Shown here: positions 49,421 through 59,566 of the stretch, one piece after another
How the letters are laid out: every line of letters starts with the position of its first letter
Numbering within the stretch: position 1 is the stretch's first letter
Origin: Nitrospirales bacterium
Lineage (GTDB): Bacteria; Nitrospirota; Nitrospiria; Nitrospirales; UBA8639
DNA: 64,000 nt
NCBI GenBank assembly: GCA_963422365.1
Contig: OY729426.1
Span: 1,280,001-1,344,000, forward strand
Reading direction: 5' to 3'
Program-made: the position numbers and the translations under genes
The notes under the pieces: generated by a model
Databases searched by the model: none
What the model was told of the DNA's origin: nothing
The model's input: only the letters and a program-made list of their open reading frames with translations

Positions 49421-49598
49421 ATCATGCGGAATCAAGTCAAGTTCGTGAGGTTTTTTCGTGTGGATCGATGAGGAATCGTAAGCCGGGGTAAATAGAGCAT
49501 CTCACGAGCGCTTTACTTTTCGACAAGGGCGAAGGTACCCTTTTGAGGTTCCTGTAAATGAAATTTCTCGGAACCAGCCGAATGGTTGACCTAGCCTG

Positions 49599-51290
49599 AT
49601 GAATCGAACTGAACGAAGACGACAAGCCAAGTTGACGGCCAAGTCTCCAGCATCGTCCAACGCGGTGTTTGTGAAACAAATGTTTGAGGAGGCGATCAAC
49701 CATCATCAGGGGGGTCGCTTGTCTCAGGCCGAAACCTGTTATCAAAAAATCCTCACGGAGGATCCTGCCCATGCCGATGCCCTTCATTTGCTCGGGTTAA
49801 TTGCGTACCAGCAAGCCCAGTATGGTCGAGCCCTCGATTTGATCACGAAGGCTATTCAACACAATGCGACAAAGCCTCTCTATTTTTACAACCGGGGACT
49901 CATCCATCAACAACTCAATCAATTACATGAGGCTGAACAGTCCTACCGACAAGCCCTCTCGCTCAAATCCGATTATGTCGAGGCATTGGGGAATCTGGGG
50001 AATGTCTTACGCGAAAAAGGCGAATTGGATGCGGCCTGTGCGACCTATAAACAGGTCTTGACGGTGAAGCCTGATTATCCGGAAGGATATAACAATCTGG
50101 GCGTGGTCCTCAAAGAACAAGGCAAGGGAGACGAAGCAAAGGACGCGTATCAACGGGCCATTGCTCTCAATCCTGAAAATGCCGAGGCACACTACAATCT
50201 CGGCGTGATGCTGTTTGAACGGGAACAGATTGACGAGGCAATCGCTCGGTTCCAACAAGCCGTGTCCATCAAATCCCATTACGCGAAGGCCCATCATCAT
50301 CTGGGATTAGCTCAATTGTGGAAACAGAATGTGGAGGGAGCCTTGCACGAACTCCGCACGTCGGCTCATCTGATGCAAAACCATGGAAGAGCCGTGCCGG
50401 TTGATACGTTCTATTCTTCTCGGATTAAGCACGATGCAGAGCAAATACACTACTTGGCCGAACACGGAGTGTTGAGGCGGACCGATTCCCCATACGAAGT
50501 CACCCTCTCTGCCTTACGACAGAGGGTGTTACGAGCAGGGCAGGCGAATCAGCGAATCCCTCTCAGTCAGGAAGACGCGCAGGCTCTCGCTCCGTCAGTG
50601 AATCGAATTCTGCATTATGCCGACAATCCTGCATTGTTTCAGGGAGCGTTGAATCCGGCATTGGACGTAGAAGATATTGAGCGACGCTATCATGCGAGTC
50701 GCCCTGAAATCATTTATGTCGATGCGTTGTTGCGGCCAGAAGCACTCAAGGCCCTTCGGCAATTTTGCTGGGAATCGACGATCTGGAAGAAAGATTATGA
50801 AGACGGCTACATCGGAGCGTTTCTCGGTGAAGGGTTTTCCTCACCGTTGTTGTTGCAAGTGGCGGAAGAATTACGCACCGCTTTTCCGGGAATCTTTCAC
50901 CAACATCGATTGCTCCAAGCCTGGGCGTTTAAACAAGATAGTACCCGTCGTCCCTTGAAAATTCACGCCGATGCGGCGGCCGTCAATGTCAATTTTTGGA
51001 TAACCCCCGATGAAGCGAATCTCGATCCTACGAGTGGAGGGCTGATCGTGTGGGATAAAGAAGCCCCACGGGAGTGGGATTTCAAGGCATATAATTCTAC
51101 GGCGTTTCAGCCGAAGATTCGGGAGTTCTTGGAACAAAGCGGCGCGTCACCGGTGAAGGTTCCCTATCGAGAAAACCGGGCCTTAATCTTCAATTCTGAC
51201 CTCTTTCATGAATCAGACAACTGTGTGTTTCGAGACGAGTATGAATCACGGCGAATCAACATCACCTTCCTGTATGGCCGACGACGCTGA
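49599..51290 (+). CDS. TPR-repeat protein with C-terminal 2OG-Fe(II) oxygenase-like domain
   Basis: About six TPRs (NLG..L, A...Y..A); IHAD...NFW, GGL, NRALIF.SDLFH, R.NITFLY. Confidence 0.8.
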   Translation: MNRTERRRQAKLTAKSPASSNAVFVKQMFEEAINHHQGGRLSQAETCYQKILTEDPAHADALHLLGLIAYQQAQYGRALDLITKAIQHNATKPLYFYNRGLIHQQLNQLHEAEQSYRQALSLKSDYVEALGNLGNVLREKGELDAACATYKQVLTVKPDYPEGYNNLGVVLKEQGKGDEAKDAYQRAIALNPENAEAHYNLGVMLFEREQIDEAIARFQQAVSIKSHYAKAHHHLGLAQLWKQNVEGALHELRTSAHLMQNHGRAVPVDTFYSSRIKHDAEQIHYLAEHGVLRRTDSPYEVTLSALRQRVLRAGQANQRIPLSQEDAQALAPSVNRILHYADNPALFQGALNPALDVEDIERRYHASRPEIIYVDALLRPEALKALRQFCWESTIWKKDYEDGYIGAFLGEGFSSPLLLQVAEELRTAFPGIFHQHRLLQAWAFKQDSTRRPLKIHADAAAVNVNFWITPDEANLDPTSGGLIVWDKEAPREWDFKAYNSTAFQPKIREFLEQSGASPVKVPYRENRALIFNSDLFHESDNCVFRDEYESRRINITFLYGRRR

Positions 51291-51459
51291 CAACGTGATT
51301 GGATCGGCCGAATCGTGCATTGCATTATCAGTCGCCAGCAGAATGTGAGCAGATGGCTTACATTCGTCTGTTATTGAAAAATAACGGGGGTTTGCACTCA
51401 AAGACAGTAAAATAGTGCATGGGTAACTTCCATGGAGATTTTAACAGGATAGAGAATCA

Positions 51460-52470
51460 ATGCCCGCCCTACCCCCGGAAGGAATCGTTCAAGCAATAGA
51501 GGAGGCTTTCACTGACTCCGCAGCGTCGGCTGTTTTGGTGTCGAAGCCTGGAGCAAATCCTCGACGATTTTACGTTATGGCCGGGGACGTCTCGCTTTCT
51601 GTTTGGATATACATCTGGATGTTGACTCATGGGGGTGGAGCCGCTCGTCCGGTTGACGAATACCGCATACAACTTACGTCGGTCATTCCCCCTTTGCCGG
51701 AAAACCCCGATGGCCCTACGCTATTGTTGGGGTATGAACCGGATACCAAGTGCTTTGCCGGGTTTGATCCTGGAAAACTTCGAATGTTTTCAACTCAATC
51801 TCCTTCCATCCAGATAACTATCAATACGCTGAGGGAGGCCGGCAGGGATGGTTTTGCCTTTGTGCGGAAGGGTAACGATGAAATTGCCGTCGGGTTTCGT
51901 CCCGATAATATGCTCGCATATTGTGCAAATTATGAAAGCCTGCACGAGAACGGGGCCGATATCACAGTGTCCAATTTGTTATCCAGAGTCGGAAGGCTCG
52001 AATCCGTAACGGATGATGAGATCAACAAGTTACCAGCCGACAGGAGACGAATTCTGACGAAATTATCGCACCTTGTCCGAGACAGTAATTTTAGAAGAAA
52101 GGTCACCGTTGCCTACGACCGAAAGTGTTGCGTAACCGGATTGCAACTACGGCTCATTGATGCTGCACACATTTTGCCCGTTGGTGTGGAAAAGAGCACC
52201 GATGGCGTTCAAAACGGATTGTGTCTTTCTCCCACTTATCACAGGGCGTATGACCGCAAGCTGATCTACCTCACGGAGGAGCGCCGAATGCTGATCAATC
52301 CTCGAGAGAAGGAGAAACTCGTCCAACTTGGTCTAGGTGGGGGTCTTCAAGAGTTCGAGTCACACCTTGGCAGAGAAATATTCCTTCCACCGGACAGGAG
52401 CCAATGGCCCCGAGTGGAGTTCATCCGTTCTGCAAACGAATTTCGGGAAATCTGCTCAACGGCTCTCTAA
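51460..52470 (+). CDS. HNH endonuclease (putative restriction enzyme)
   Basis: FR..V..AY...CCVTG, DAAHI.P, NGLCLSPTYHRAYD. Confidence 0.85.
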   Translation: MPALPPEGIVQAIEEAFTDSAASAVLVSKPGANPRRFYVMAGDVSLSVWIYIWMLTHGGGAARPVDEYRIQLTSVIPPLPENPDGPTLLLGYEPDTKCFAGFDPGKLRMFSTQSPSIQITINTLREAGRDGFAFVRKGNDEIAVGFRPDNMLAYCANYESLHENGADITVSNLLSRVGRLESVTDDEINKLPADRRRILTKLSHLVRDSNFRRKVTVAYDRKCCVTGLQLRLIDAAHILPVGVEKSTDGVQNGLCLSPTYHRAYDRKLIYLTEERRMLINPREKEKLVQLGLGGGLQEFESHLGREIFLPPDRSQWPRVEFIRSANEFREICSTAL

Positions 52471-52503
52471 TAATGCCGAGCCCTTCCCCATAAGTTTATT
52501 GGC

Positions 52504-52547
52504 GTATTACAAAAAATCGTTGACAAGATTTGTTTTTGTATTACAAT
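52504..52547 (+). promoter_or_regulatory. methyltransferase promoter with overlapping operator repeats
   Basis: TTGACA(52520)-16 nt-TACAAT(52542); GTATTACAA at 52504 and 52538; palindrome TTGTATTACAA. Confidence 0.65.
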
Positions 52548-52553
52548 TTTCGT

Positions 52554-53783
52554 ATGGCTCGTCCAAAAACTGAAAACCCCCGCAAAAGGCTCGTCAGTTT
52601 CCGACTCACAGATACCGAGTATTCGAAGATGCAAGGAGCGGCGGAGATGGCCGGATATCATTCGCTGAGCAGTTACCTTCGCTATCTGCATGACGACCAT
52701 AGGCTTGCATCCCAAGCACCGGAGGTGAAAGAAGGTTCTCCCCTATACAGTGCGGCACAACCCGAGCGTTATCGAGAAACGGAATACGGCCAAATCTATC
52801 ATGGCGATTCTCTCGGTCTGCTCCACGAGACGTTGTCCCCAGATTCGGTGGACCTGATTATGACTTCGCCACCGTTCGGTCTTGTCAGAAAAAAGGTCTA
52901 CGGTAACGAAGACGCCGACCGATACGTGGAGTGGTTTCGACCGTTTGCCGAAGGCATGCAACGGGTATTGAAGGATCAAGGAAGTCTCGTGATTGATATT
53001 GGTGGGGCATGGAAACCTAGGACTCCTACTCGTTCGCTTTACCATTTTGAGCTCCTTATCGCGCTATGTCGGGATTACGGCTTTCATCTTTGCCAGGAAC
53101 ATTACTGGTGGAACCCTGCAAAACTCCCGACTCCCGCAGAATGGGTCAACGTAAGGCGAATACGAGTCAAGGACGCTGTCAACTGTGTCTGGTGGTTGTC
53201 GAAAACACCGTGGCCTAAGGCCTCCAATAGACGCATTCTCGCCCCATATAGCCATTCAATGAAATCGTTATTGAAGAACGGCTACAAGCCCAGGTTGCGT
53301 CCATCGGGTCATGACATTTCCGACAAATTCGAGAAGGACAACGGTGGTTCCGTTCCCCCAAACCTTTTAGCCATCGCAAACACGGAATCAAACGGGGTTT
53401 ATCAGGGCTATTGCCGTGCAAATAACCTGCCGGTGCATCCTGCAAGATTTCCAGCACGCCTTCCAGAATATTTCATTCGAATGCTTACGAATAAAGGGGA
53501 TCTCGTGGTGGATCCTTTTGGAGGGTCATGCGTCACTGGTGAGGTGGCCGAATCGCTCAGGCGCCAATGGATTTGCTGCGAATTAAACGAAGACTATCTG
53601 AAAGGTGCCCTGTCTCGATTCGTCGGTGTGAAGCCTCGATTGCCGAAAACGGATGATACGCCTTATCATGTGTATCCACCCTGTTCATTGAATGGTTCTA
53701 CAGACACTTCACCGTTTCCGGAAGACGGGGGCTTGAGGCGTGCTCCCAAAAAGTCAATACAGAAAAGTCAGCCCCTCTTTTAG
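52554..53783 (+). CDS. beta-class amino DNA methyltransferase (SPPF, likely m4C, M.PvuII-like) with N-terminal RHH-like domain
   Basis: TSPPF precedes DPFGGS; HPARFP; N-terminal RLVSFRLTDTEY...A..AG..SLSSYLR. Confidence 0.88.
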   Translation: MARPKTENPRKRLVSFRLTDTEYSKMQGAAEMAGYHSLSSYLRYLHDDHRLASQAPEVKEGSPLYSAAQPERYRETEYGQIYHGDSLGLLHETLSPDSVDLIMTSPPFGLVRKKVYGNEDADRYVEWFRPFAEGMQRVLKDQGSLVIDIGGAWKPRTPTRSLYHFELLIALCRDYGFHLCQEHYWWNPAKLPTPAEWVNVRRIRVKDAVNCVWWLSKTPWPKASNRRILAPYSHSMKSLLKNGYKPRLRPSGHDISDKFEKDNGGSVPPNLLAIANTESNGVYQGYCRANNLPVHPARFPARLPEYFIRMLTNKGDLVVDPFGGSCVTGEVAESLRRQWICCELNEDYLKGALSRFVGVKPRLPKTDDTPYHVYPPCSLNGSTDTSPFPEDGGLRRAPKKSIQKSQPLF

Positions 53784-53901
53784 AGCATCCTCACGAACTT
53801 GGCTCACGCCTAAGGATAGAAAAGATAAAAGGGGAGTTTCAGGAAGAAACCGATCTCCCCGCGTAATTGATGTTTTCCGCTTACGTCTGCCGTGCAGTCC
53901 G

Positions 53902-54228
53902 TCACAGGCTGATGAATCGGTCGCAGCCTGTAATGATTTGGGAGAGGACCACTAATCCGCAGAACGTCACTTCTTGACCATATCCTTCCGTAGAAACCTT
54001 GTGCTGCTGACACCCGTACGCACAGACGTTCAATCTCACGCCTGCTGAAGCCAGATTGAGGATCGTCGGGTTTTCCAGGTTTTTCACGCCCTCATCAATG
54101 AGATACAAGTAGACATTCACATGAGCGCGCAGCGCCTCATGGCTCAATCCGGCGACGACTTCCGCATTGGGATGAGAAGGTGGGGTTGACAGAAGCAATC
54201 CCAGCTTCTTGCCTGCTAAATCGTTCAT
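53902..54228 (-). CDS. DsrE/TusD-like sulfur-relay family protein
   Basis: LGLLLST.P, YLYLIDEGV, VCAYG, GL..L..II..CDRF. Confidence 0.75.
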   Translation of the reverse strand: MNDLAGKKLGLLLSTPPSHPNAEVVAGLSHEALRAHVNVYLYLIDEGVKNLENPTILNLASAGVRLNVCAYGCQQHKVSTEGYGQEVTFCGLVVLSQIITGCDRFISL

Positions 54229-54500
54229 AGAAACCATGCACAAAGGAAAAGCACAACCGTCCTATCCGGAGACTATACTGTTGGGAAAGGGGGCGGTCAA
54301 GAGAGTCGCAGGTACGGCAGAATCGAAGAAGCGGTTATTTGAAGGAAGAGGCGTTATGAGCGTTGAATGGATTGATGGTACTGGCGAAACACGAACAGAT
54401 AGATGCTGCCATTGAGGAGAAGCACGAGGAGACCAGCCAATCGGTGATAAAAAGGTGCTGAGACTATCACTCAGAACAAAAAATCCGAGACGGCCTGAAA

Positions 54501-54929
54501 TTATTGAATCTCAATCCCCCCACCCTTCAGATCGATGTCCGCATCTTTCAGCTCCATTTTATTTCCGATATGCCACTGTTCGGTCGTCACCTCAGACACT
54601 GTCCCGCCTGGTAAGTAAAATTTGGCTTGTGGAATCTGTATGCTGTCCTCCCCAATTTTTTTGACGAAGAACACCACGCCTTTCAGTGTGTTATCAACCA
54701 CCGTCACCGATTCGGGATCAGCCTTGAGTTCGAAGCGGTCTTGGTCATTGGACGTCCATTCGTTGCGCTCCAGCGTGGCAACCTGCGACCCGGCAGGGTT
54801 GTAGATCTGCATGCTCAAGAGGATGGTCCCGTCTTCAGCCGTGCGTTCAACTTTGATCACGTCTTGGTCCTGCGCCACAAAAATTCCATTCGTATTACGG
54901 AGTTGATTTGAGCCGATTGTAATATCCAT
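54501..54929 (-). CDS. hypothetical beta-rich protein
   Basis: Clean ORF with AAGGGA RBS before MDITIGSN. Confidence 0.65.
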   Translation of the reverse strand: MDITIGSNQLRNTNGIFVAQDQDVIKVERTAEDGTILLSMQIYNPAGSQVATLERNEWTSNDQDRFELKADPESVTVVDNTLKGVVFFVKKIGEDSIQIPQAKFYLPGGTVSEVTTEQWHIGNKMELKDADIDLKGGGIEIQ

Positions 54930-55179
54930 GGTGTCCCTTGTCTGATTTCCGTTACTCAATATGCCGACGGGTGGATTCGCCTCGGCCGGGGGGATAAGAC
55001 CTGGTCAGCTTTTCATCCCGGTGGCAGGGACGAAGATACCGACTTGAAAAGCGAGGGTCAACCAGCGGCAGTGGTGCGGCAACACCAGACCAGTTGCTTC
55101 TCCTTTCGGTTGCTTTCTTCATGGCCCTGCGATACACCTATCACGTTCATTTCCATAACTCTGTCTGAGGCAGGAGGGG

Positions 55180-56046
55180 ATGATGCAAGTTTCATTGATA
55201 GGCACAGGATTAATGGGGACAGCCATGACAGAGCGGCTTCTGACGCTCGGCCATGATGTCGTGGTGTATAACCGAACGGAAGAAAAATGCACAGCCCTTC
55301 AACGACAGGGTGCCATCAGGGCACGGTCCGCCGCAGAGGCGATCGAGGCTTCGAGGTGCACAATCCTCATGTTGGCTGATGCCCAGGCCATACAGGAAGC
55401 CCTGTTCACTTCTGGGAAACCCAATGTTCAAAATCGGACGATTCTTCAAATGGGGACCATGGCTCCGTCTGAAAGTATCGCACTCGGTCAGGAAATTCGA
55501 ACGGGCATAGGAGACTATTTCGAGGCACCGGTTCTCGGAAGCCTTGCCGAAGCGAAAGCCGGTCGACTCATTGTCATGGTCGGCGGAAAAGCCGAACAGG
55601 TGGAACAGTGGAGTGAGGTGTTGCAATGTTTCTGTGAAGAACCCTTACTCGTGGGGCCAATTGGTCGGGCCGCTACTTTGAAGCTGGCCTTGAATCAACT
55701 CATTGCGGCCCATATCACGGCCTTCTCATTGAGCTTGGGGTTGATTCAACGAGCAGGCGTCGAAGTCGAGACGTTCATGAACGTGCTTCGTCAAAGCGCC
55801 TTGATGTCGTCCATGCTCGAGAAAAAATTGCCGCGTTTGTTGACCCGCGACTACGCTCGTCCCAACTTCTCTACCAGGCATCTTTTGAAGGACGTCGATT
55901 TATGTCTGAACGCGGCGCGAGACACGAACTTGGCAACGCCGGCACTCGCCGGCATTCACCAGATCTTAAAAGAGACCATAGGGCAAGGCCTTCACGATGC
56001 CGATTATTCGTCGGTCTTCGAAGCCGTGGTCCCGAAGGAACGGTAG
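55180..56046 (+). CDS. NAD(P)-dependent beta-hydroxyacid dehydrogenase (3-hydroxyisobutyrate DH family)
   Basis: IGTGLMG, YNRT, EAPVLGS, LKLALN, F....LKD. Confidence 0.9.
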   Translation: MMQVSLIGTGLMGTAMTERLLTLGHDVVVYNRTEEKCTALQRQGAIRARSAAEAIEASRCTILMLADAQAIQEALFTSGKPNVQNRTILQMGTMAPSESIALGQEIRTGIGDYFEAPVLGSLAEAKAGRLIVMVGGKAEQVEQWSEVLQCFCEEPLLVGPIGRAATLKLALNQLIAAHITAFSLSLGLIQRAGVEVETFMNVLRQSALMSSMLEKKLPRLLTRDYARPNFSTRHLLKDVDLCLNAARDTNLATPALAGIHQILKETIGQGLHDADYSSVFEAVVPKER

Positions 56047-56061
56047 GCCCTTGTCGTCACG

Positions 56062-56715
56062 TTAATCTGAAAGGGGATGAAGAAAGTACCGCACCCCGTC
56101 AATCTGCACCACGGGCATGACCATGCCTTGTTCCAAGCCGTCATGAGAAAATGCATAGATGATGGATTCCCAGGGAAGCAGTGTTCCGGTAAAGAGAATG
56201 CCGATTTCACGGGGTTCTCCCCTCTCGATCCGTTCTTGGAGAGAACGCAGGAGCACCGGTGAAGGCACGGCAACCATTTCATTGGGCAGTTGCAATGGTT
56301 TGAATCGCACAAGGCCCCAGGTCGTTTGGGTGAACTCGGGCCCCATGACCACGGTAAATCCTCGCTGGGCCTCATGGTATTTGCCCAGGACGCCCGACCA
56401 CCAAAACGCCACTCGTTGACTCAGTAATCGATGCCCTTCCCGGGATGCATCCCGCTGTCGGTTGAAGTCAAAGAGCTTGGTTCCGAGTTCTTCACCAGGC
56501 TGGTCATGTAATGGCTCCCAGTCCGGCGGCTGCTTGTCTAATTCGTTGAGAAACAGCTCTTGGTCTGCAGGCGTGAGAAGGGCGCGAATGGACGTGTCGG
56601 TGAGAAGGGTACGAGCGTCGGCTTGAGGGAGTTTCTCTAACGGCTAAATTCCCAATGGAGGGTCGGCGAGACAGTCGAAGGAGAGGACAAGAAAAAAGAA
56701 AAGTGACGGCAGCAT
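56062..56715 (-). pseudogene. exported hypothetical protein with in-frame TAG at 56644-56646
   Basis: MLPSLFFFLVLSFDCLADPPLGI*PLEKLP... continues in frame into ORF 56062-56412. Confidence 0.7.
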
Positions 56716-56756
56716 GTAAAACGGCACAGGGAGACGCGACTTTCGGTGTGCTGTAT

Positions 56757-57851
56757 TCATGATGACAGCAAGGGAACCCGATGTCCGTTGATGAACACGT
56801 GAAACTTCTTCATGGGCAAATAGGCTGTGACGGAATCTCCCGCGTGTTGCCGTGAGGCAGGAGAGGTTCGTGCCACCAGAGACTGCCCTTCTGCGACGAG
56901 ATACACAAGAGTATCGCCGCCGAGGTTTTCAATCACGTCAATGGTTCCGGCGAGAGTATGGTGTCTTGACCCCGGAGGTTCGAGTGTCACGTCTTCAGGC
57001 CGAATCCCCAAGGTTGCGGTCCCGGAGTCTGCGCCTAACGTGCCGGGGGCCTGAACAGGCACCGTGAGCGTCAAATCTCCTGCGCGGAATTCCAGGTCCT
57101 GTTGATGGAGGCGATAAGAGCTCTCGAACAAATTCATCGGAGGGGTGCCGATGAACCCGGCCACAAAGGGATTGCCGGGTTCATGATAAATCTGATCGGG
57201 CTTTCCGATCTGCTGAATCCTGCCATGATTCATGACCACAATGGTGTGACCCAGCGTCATGGCTTCGGCTTGGTCATGCGTGACGTACACCATGGTGGTG
57301 CCCAAGCGTTGATGCAATTTCTTTAATTCGACCCGCATTGAAGCCCGGAGGCGGGCATCCAAATTCGAAAGTGGTTCATCGAAAAGAAACAACTTGGGCC
57401 GTCGAACGATGGCTCGACCCATGGCGACACGTTGCCGTTGCCCGCCAGAAAGCTCCTTCGGCTTCCGGTCAAGCAGATCGTGAATTTCCAATAACGCGGC
57501 AGTTTCAGCAATCCGTTCTTCGATGACGGGTTTAGGTTCCCCTCGCATTTTCAACCCAAAGGCCAGGTTTTTTCTCACCGTCAGATGTGGGTAGAGGGCG
57601 TAGTGTTGAAAGACCATGGCGATGTCACGGTCAGGAGGAGGCAGAGTATCCACGCGATGGTCTCCAATGGTCACCGAGCCACGTGTCGGGGGCTCAAGCC
57701 CGGCGATAATGCGAAGCAACGTGGATTTGCCGCAACCCGACGGACCCAGTAACACGACACATTCACCATCGACGGCCTCGAGTGAAATATCATGCAAGAC
57801 CTGGGTCCGCCCGAAAGTTTTCTCAATGTGCTGCAGGGCCAGTCCGGCCAT
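56757..57851 (-). CDS. carbohydrate ABC transporter ATPase (MalK/UgpC family)
   Basis: GPSGCGKS, LSGGQRQR, FDEPLSNLD, VTHDQ, TOBE tail. Confidence 0.95.
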   Translation of the reverse strand: MAGLALQHIEKTFGRTQVLHDISLEAVDGECVVLLGPSGCGKSTLLRIIAGLEPPTRGSVTIGDHRVDTLPPPDRDIAMVFQHYALYPHLTVRKNLAFGLKMRGEPKPVIEERIAETAALLEIHDLLDRKPKELSGGQRQRVAMGRAIVRRPKLFLFDEPLSNLDARLRASMRVELKKLHQRLGTTMVYVTHDQAEAMTLGHTIVVMNHGRIQQIGKPDQIYHEPGNPFVAGFIGTPPMNLFESSYRLHQQDLEFRAGDLTLTVPVQAPGTLGADSGTATLGIRPEDVTLEPPGSRHHTLAGTIDVIENLGGDTLVYLVAEGQSLVARTSPASRQHAGDSVTAYLPMKKFHVFINGHRVPLLSS

Positions 57852-57854
57852 AAG

Positions 57855-58682
57855 TTACCTCTTGACCGCACCGGCTGACAGTCCGCTGATAATCCCGCGT
57901 TGAAACAAGAGGACGATGATGAGTAACGGCAACGTGGCGATCACGGAAGCGGCAGCTAGTTCTCCCCACGGCATGGTGAATTCTCCCTGAAATAAGGCAA
58001 TGCCCACCGGGAGGGTTTGGTGCTCGGGGTCGGTGAGAATCAACAAGGCAAAGAAAAATTCGTTCCACGCATAAATAAACGTGAGGATGGCCGTCGTAAA
58101 CAGCCCCGGTGTCGCAAGGGGGAGCATGATTCTGTACAACGCTTGCCAGGCCGTGCAGCCGTCGATTTGCGCGGCTTCTTCTAACTCCAAAGGCAGTTCT
58201 TGAAAAAATGTGGTCAGGATCCACACCGCAAGAGGAAGGGTCAGCGAGACATAGGGAAGCACCAGCCCCCAATGGGTATTCAGCCCACCGAGGTGTTCCA
58301 GGATTTGCCAGACCGGTCCCGCAATGACGATGGGTGGGAACATGGCCACACAGAGGAGTCCACCTAGAATCCACGCTTTTCCCGGCAGCCGCAGCCGCAC
58401 CAGTGCGTAGGCGGCTGGAGTCGCAACGACTAGCGCCATGATTGTGGTGGCACCGGCAACGATCACGCTGTTCCCGATGTAGTGCAACAACCGATGATCA
58501 ATGAGCGCCGATGCATAAAAGACGAGGCTGCCGTCCGGCCACCAGCTTGGGGGAATCGCTTCGACTTGGATTTGTGATTTCAAGGAGGTCAGAACAAACC
58601 AAAGAAAAGGACACAGGCTCCCCAGCATGGCCAACAGAATCCCACCAAGTAACACCGGACGTTCCCTGGACGTGTTCGTCAT
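57855..58682 (-). CDS. carbohydrate ABC permease (MalG-like)
   Basis: ELEEAAQIDG, WNEF, GL..GAVK. Confidence 0.93.
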   Translation of the reverse strand: MTNTSRERPVLLGGILLAMLGSLCPFLWFVLTSLKSQIQVEAIPPSWWPDGSLVFYASALIDHRLLHYIGNSVIVAGATTIMALVVATPAAYALVRLRLPGKAWILGGLLCVAMFPPIVIAGPVWQILEHLGGLNTHWGLVLPYVSLTLPLAVWILTTFFQELPLELEEAAQIDGCTAWQALYRIMLPLATPGLFTTAILTFIYAWNEFFFALLILTDPEHQTLPVGIALFQGEFTMPWGELAAASVIATLPLLIIVLLFQRGIISGLSAGAVKR

Positions 58683-59566
58683 GCCTGCTCCCGTTGCAAG
58701 AGTCGGGACCCGACGGTACGGACATAGAACAGAGAGAGAATCATGATTGCGACAAAGACTGTGACCGAGATCGTGGTCCCATAGCCCACACGTCCTTCGG
58801 TGAAGAGGGTTTTATAGCCGTAGAATTGCATGACTTGCGTGGCATCGCCCGGGCCGCCTTGGGTCATGACAAAGACGAGGTCGAACACCCGAAACGCATC
58901 GATGGTTCGAAACAAGAGGGCGGTGAGAAGAGCGGGTTTCAGCAGGGGAAGGGTGATGTGCCAAAACCGCTGCCATGACGTCGCTCCGTCAATGCGCGCG
59001 GCGTCATAGGTCTCATCGGGAATGACTTGTAATCCCGCCAGGATAAGGAGGCCGGCAAACGATGACGTTTTCCAGACGTCGGCCAGGACAATGGCTCCAA
59101 AGGCCATCCACGGATCGGCCAGCCACGGGACGTAGGCGTCCACTTGATCGCCGAAGAGTATCAGGTTGACGGCTCCATATTGATCGTTCAACAGAAACCG
59201 CCACATCTGTGAAGCCACAACAGTGGGAATCGCCCACGGAATCAACACGGCTGCCCGAACCCATCCTCGCCCTTTGAAGTGCTCGTGCATGATCAGCGCG
59301 ATGCCCATGCCCAGGAGCAGTTCCAAGGTGGTCGAAAATATGACGAAACCCAGCGTGACGATGCACGCTTGATGGGCGACGGGGTCTTGGAACAGCTCCG
59401 CGTAATTGCCGAATCCAATAAAAGATGGCTCCAGACCGTGGAATCCTGAGTAAAGGCTCAGCAGAAAGGAATCCATCGCCGGATACAGTGAAAAGACGGC
59501 AACAAACGTCAGCGCCGGAAAGACCATGACCCAGCCGGTCGAGTTATCTGCAGTCGTGTTCGTCAT
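58679..59566 (-). CDS. carbohydrate ABC permease (MalF-like)
   Basis: PWAIP, DVWK, YDAARIDGA, FD....T.GGPG. Confidence 0.93.
   Translation of the reverse strand: MTNTTADNSTGWVMVFPALTFVAVFSLYPAMDSFLLSLYSGFHGLEPSFIGFGNYAELFQDPVAHQACIVTLGFVIFSTTLELLLGMGIALIMHEHFKGRGWVRAAVLIPWAIPTVVASQMWRFLLNDQYGAVNLILFGDQVDAYVPWLADPWMAFGAIVLADVWKTSSFAGLLILAGLQVIPDETYDAARIDGATSWQRFWHITLPLLKPALLTALLFRTIDAFRVFDLVFVMTQGGPGDATQVMQFYGYKTLFTEGRVGYGTTISVTVFVAIMILSLFYVRTVGSRLLQREQA

Noticed and set aside
56644..56646. Stop-codon reassignment or pyrrolysine readthrough
   Set aside because: TAG terminates ordinary genes here (rpmE, dnaG, hisB), and no pyl genes are seen.
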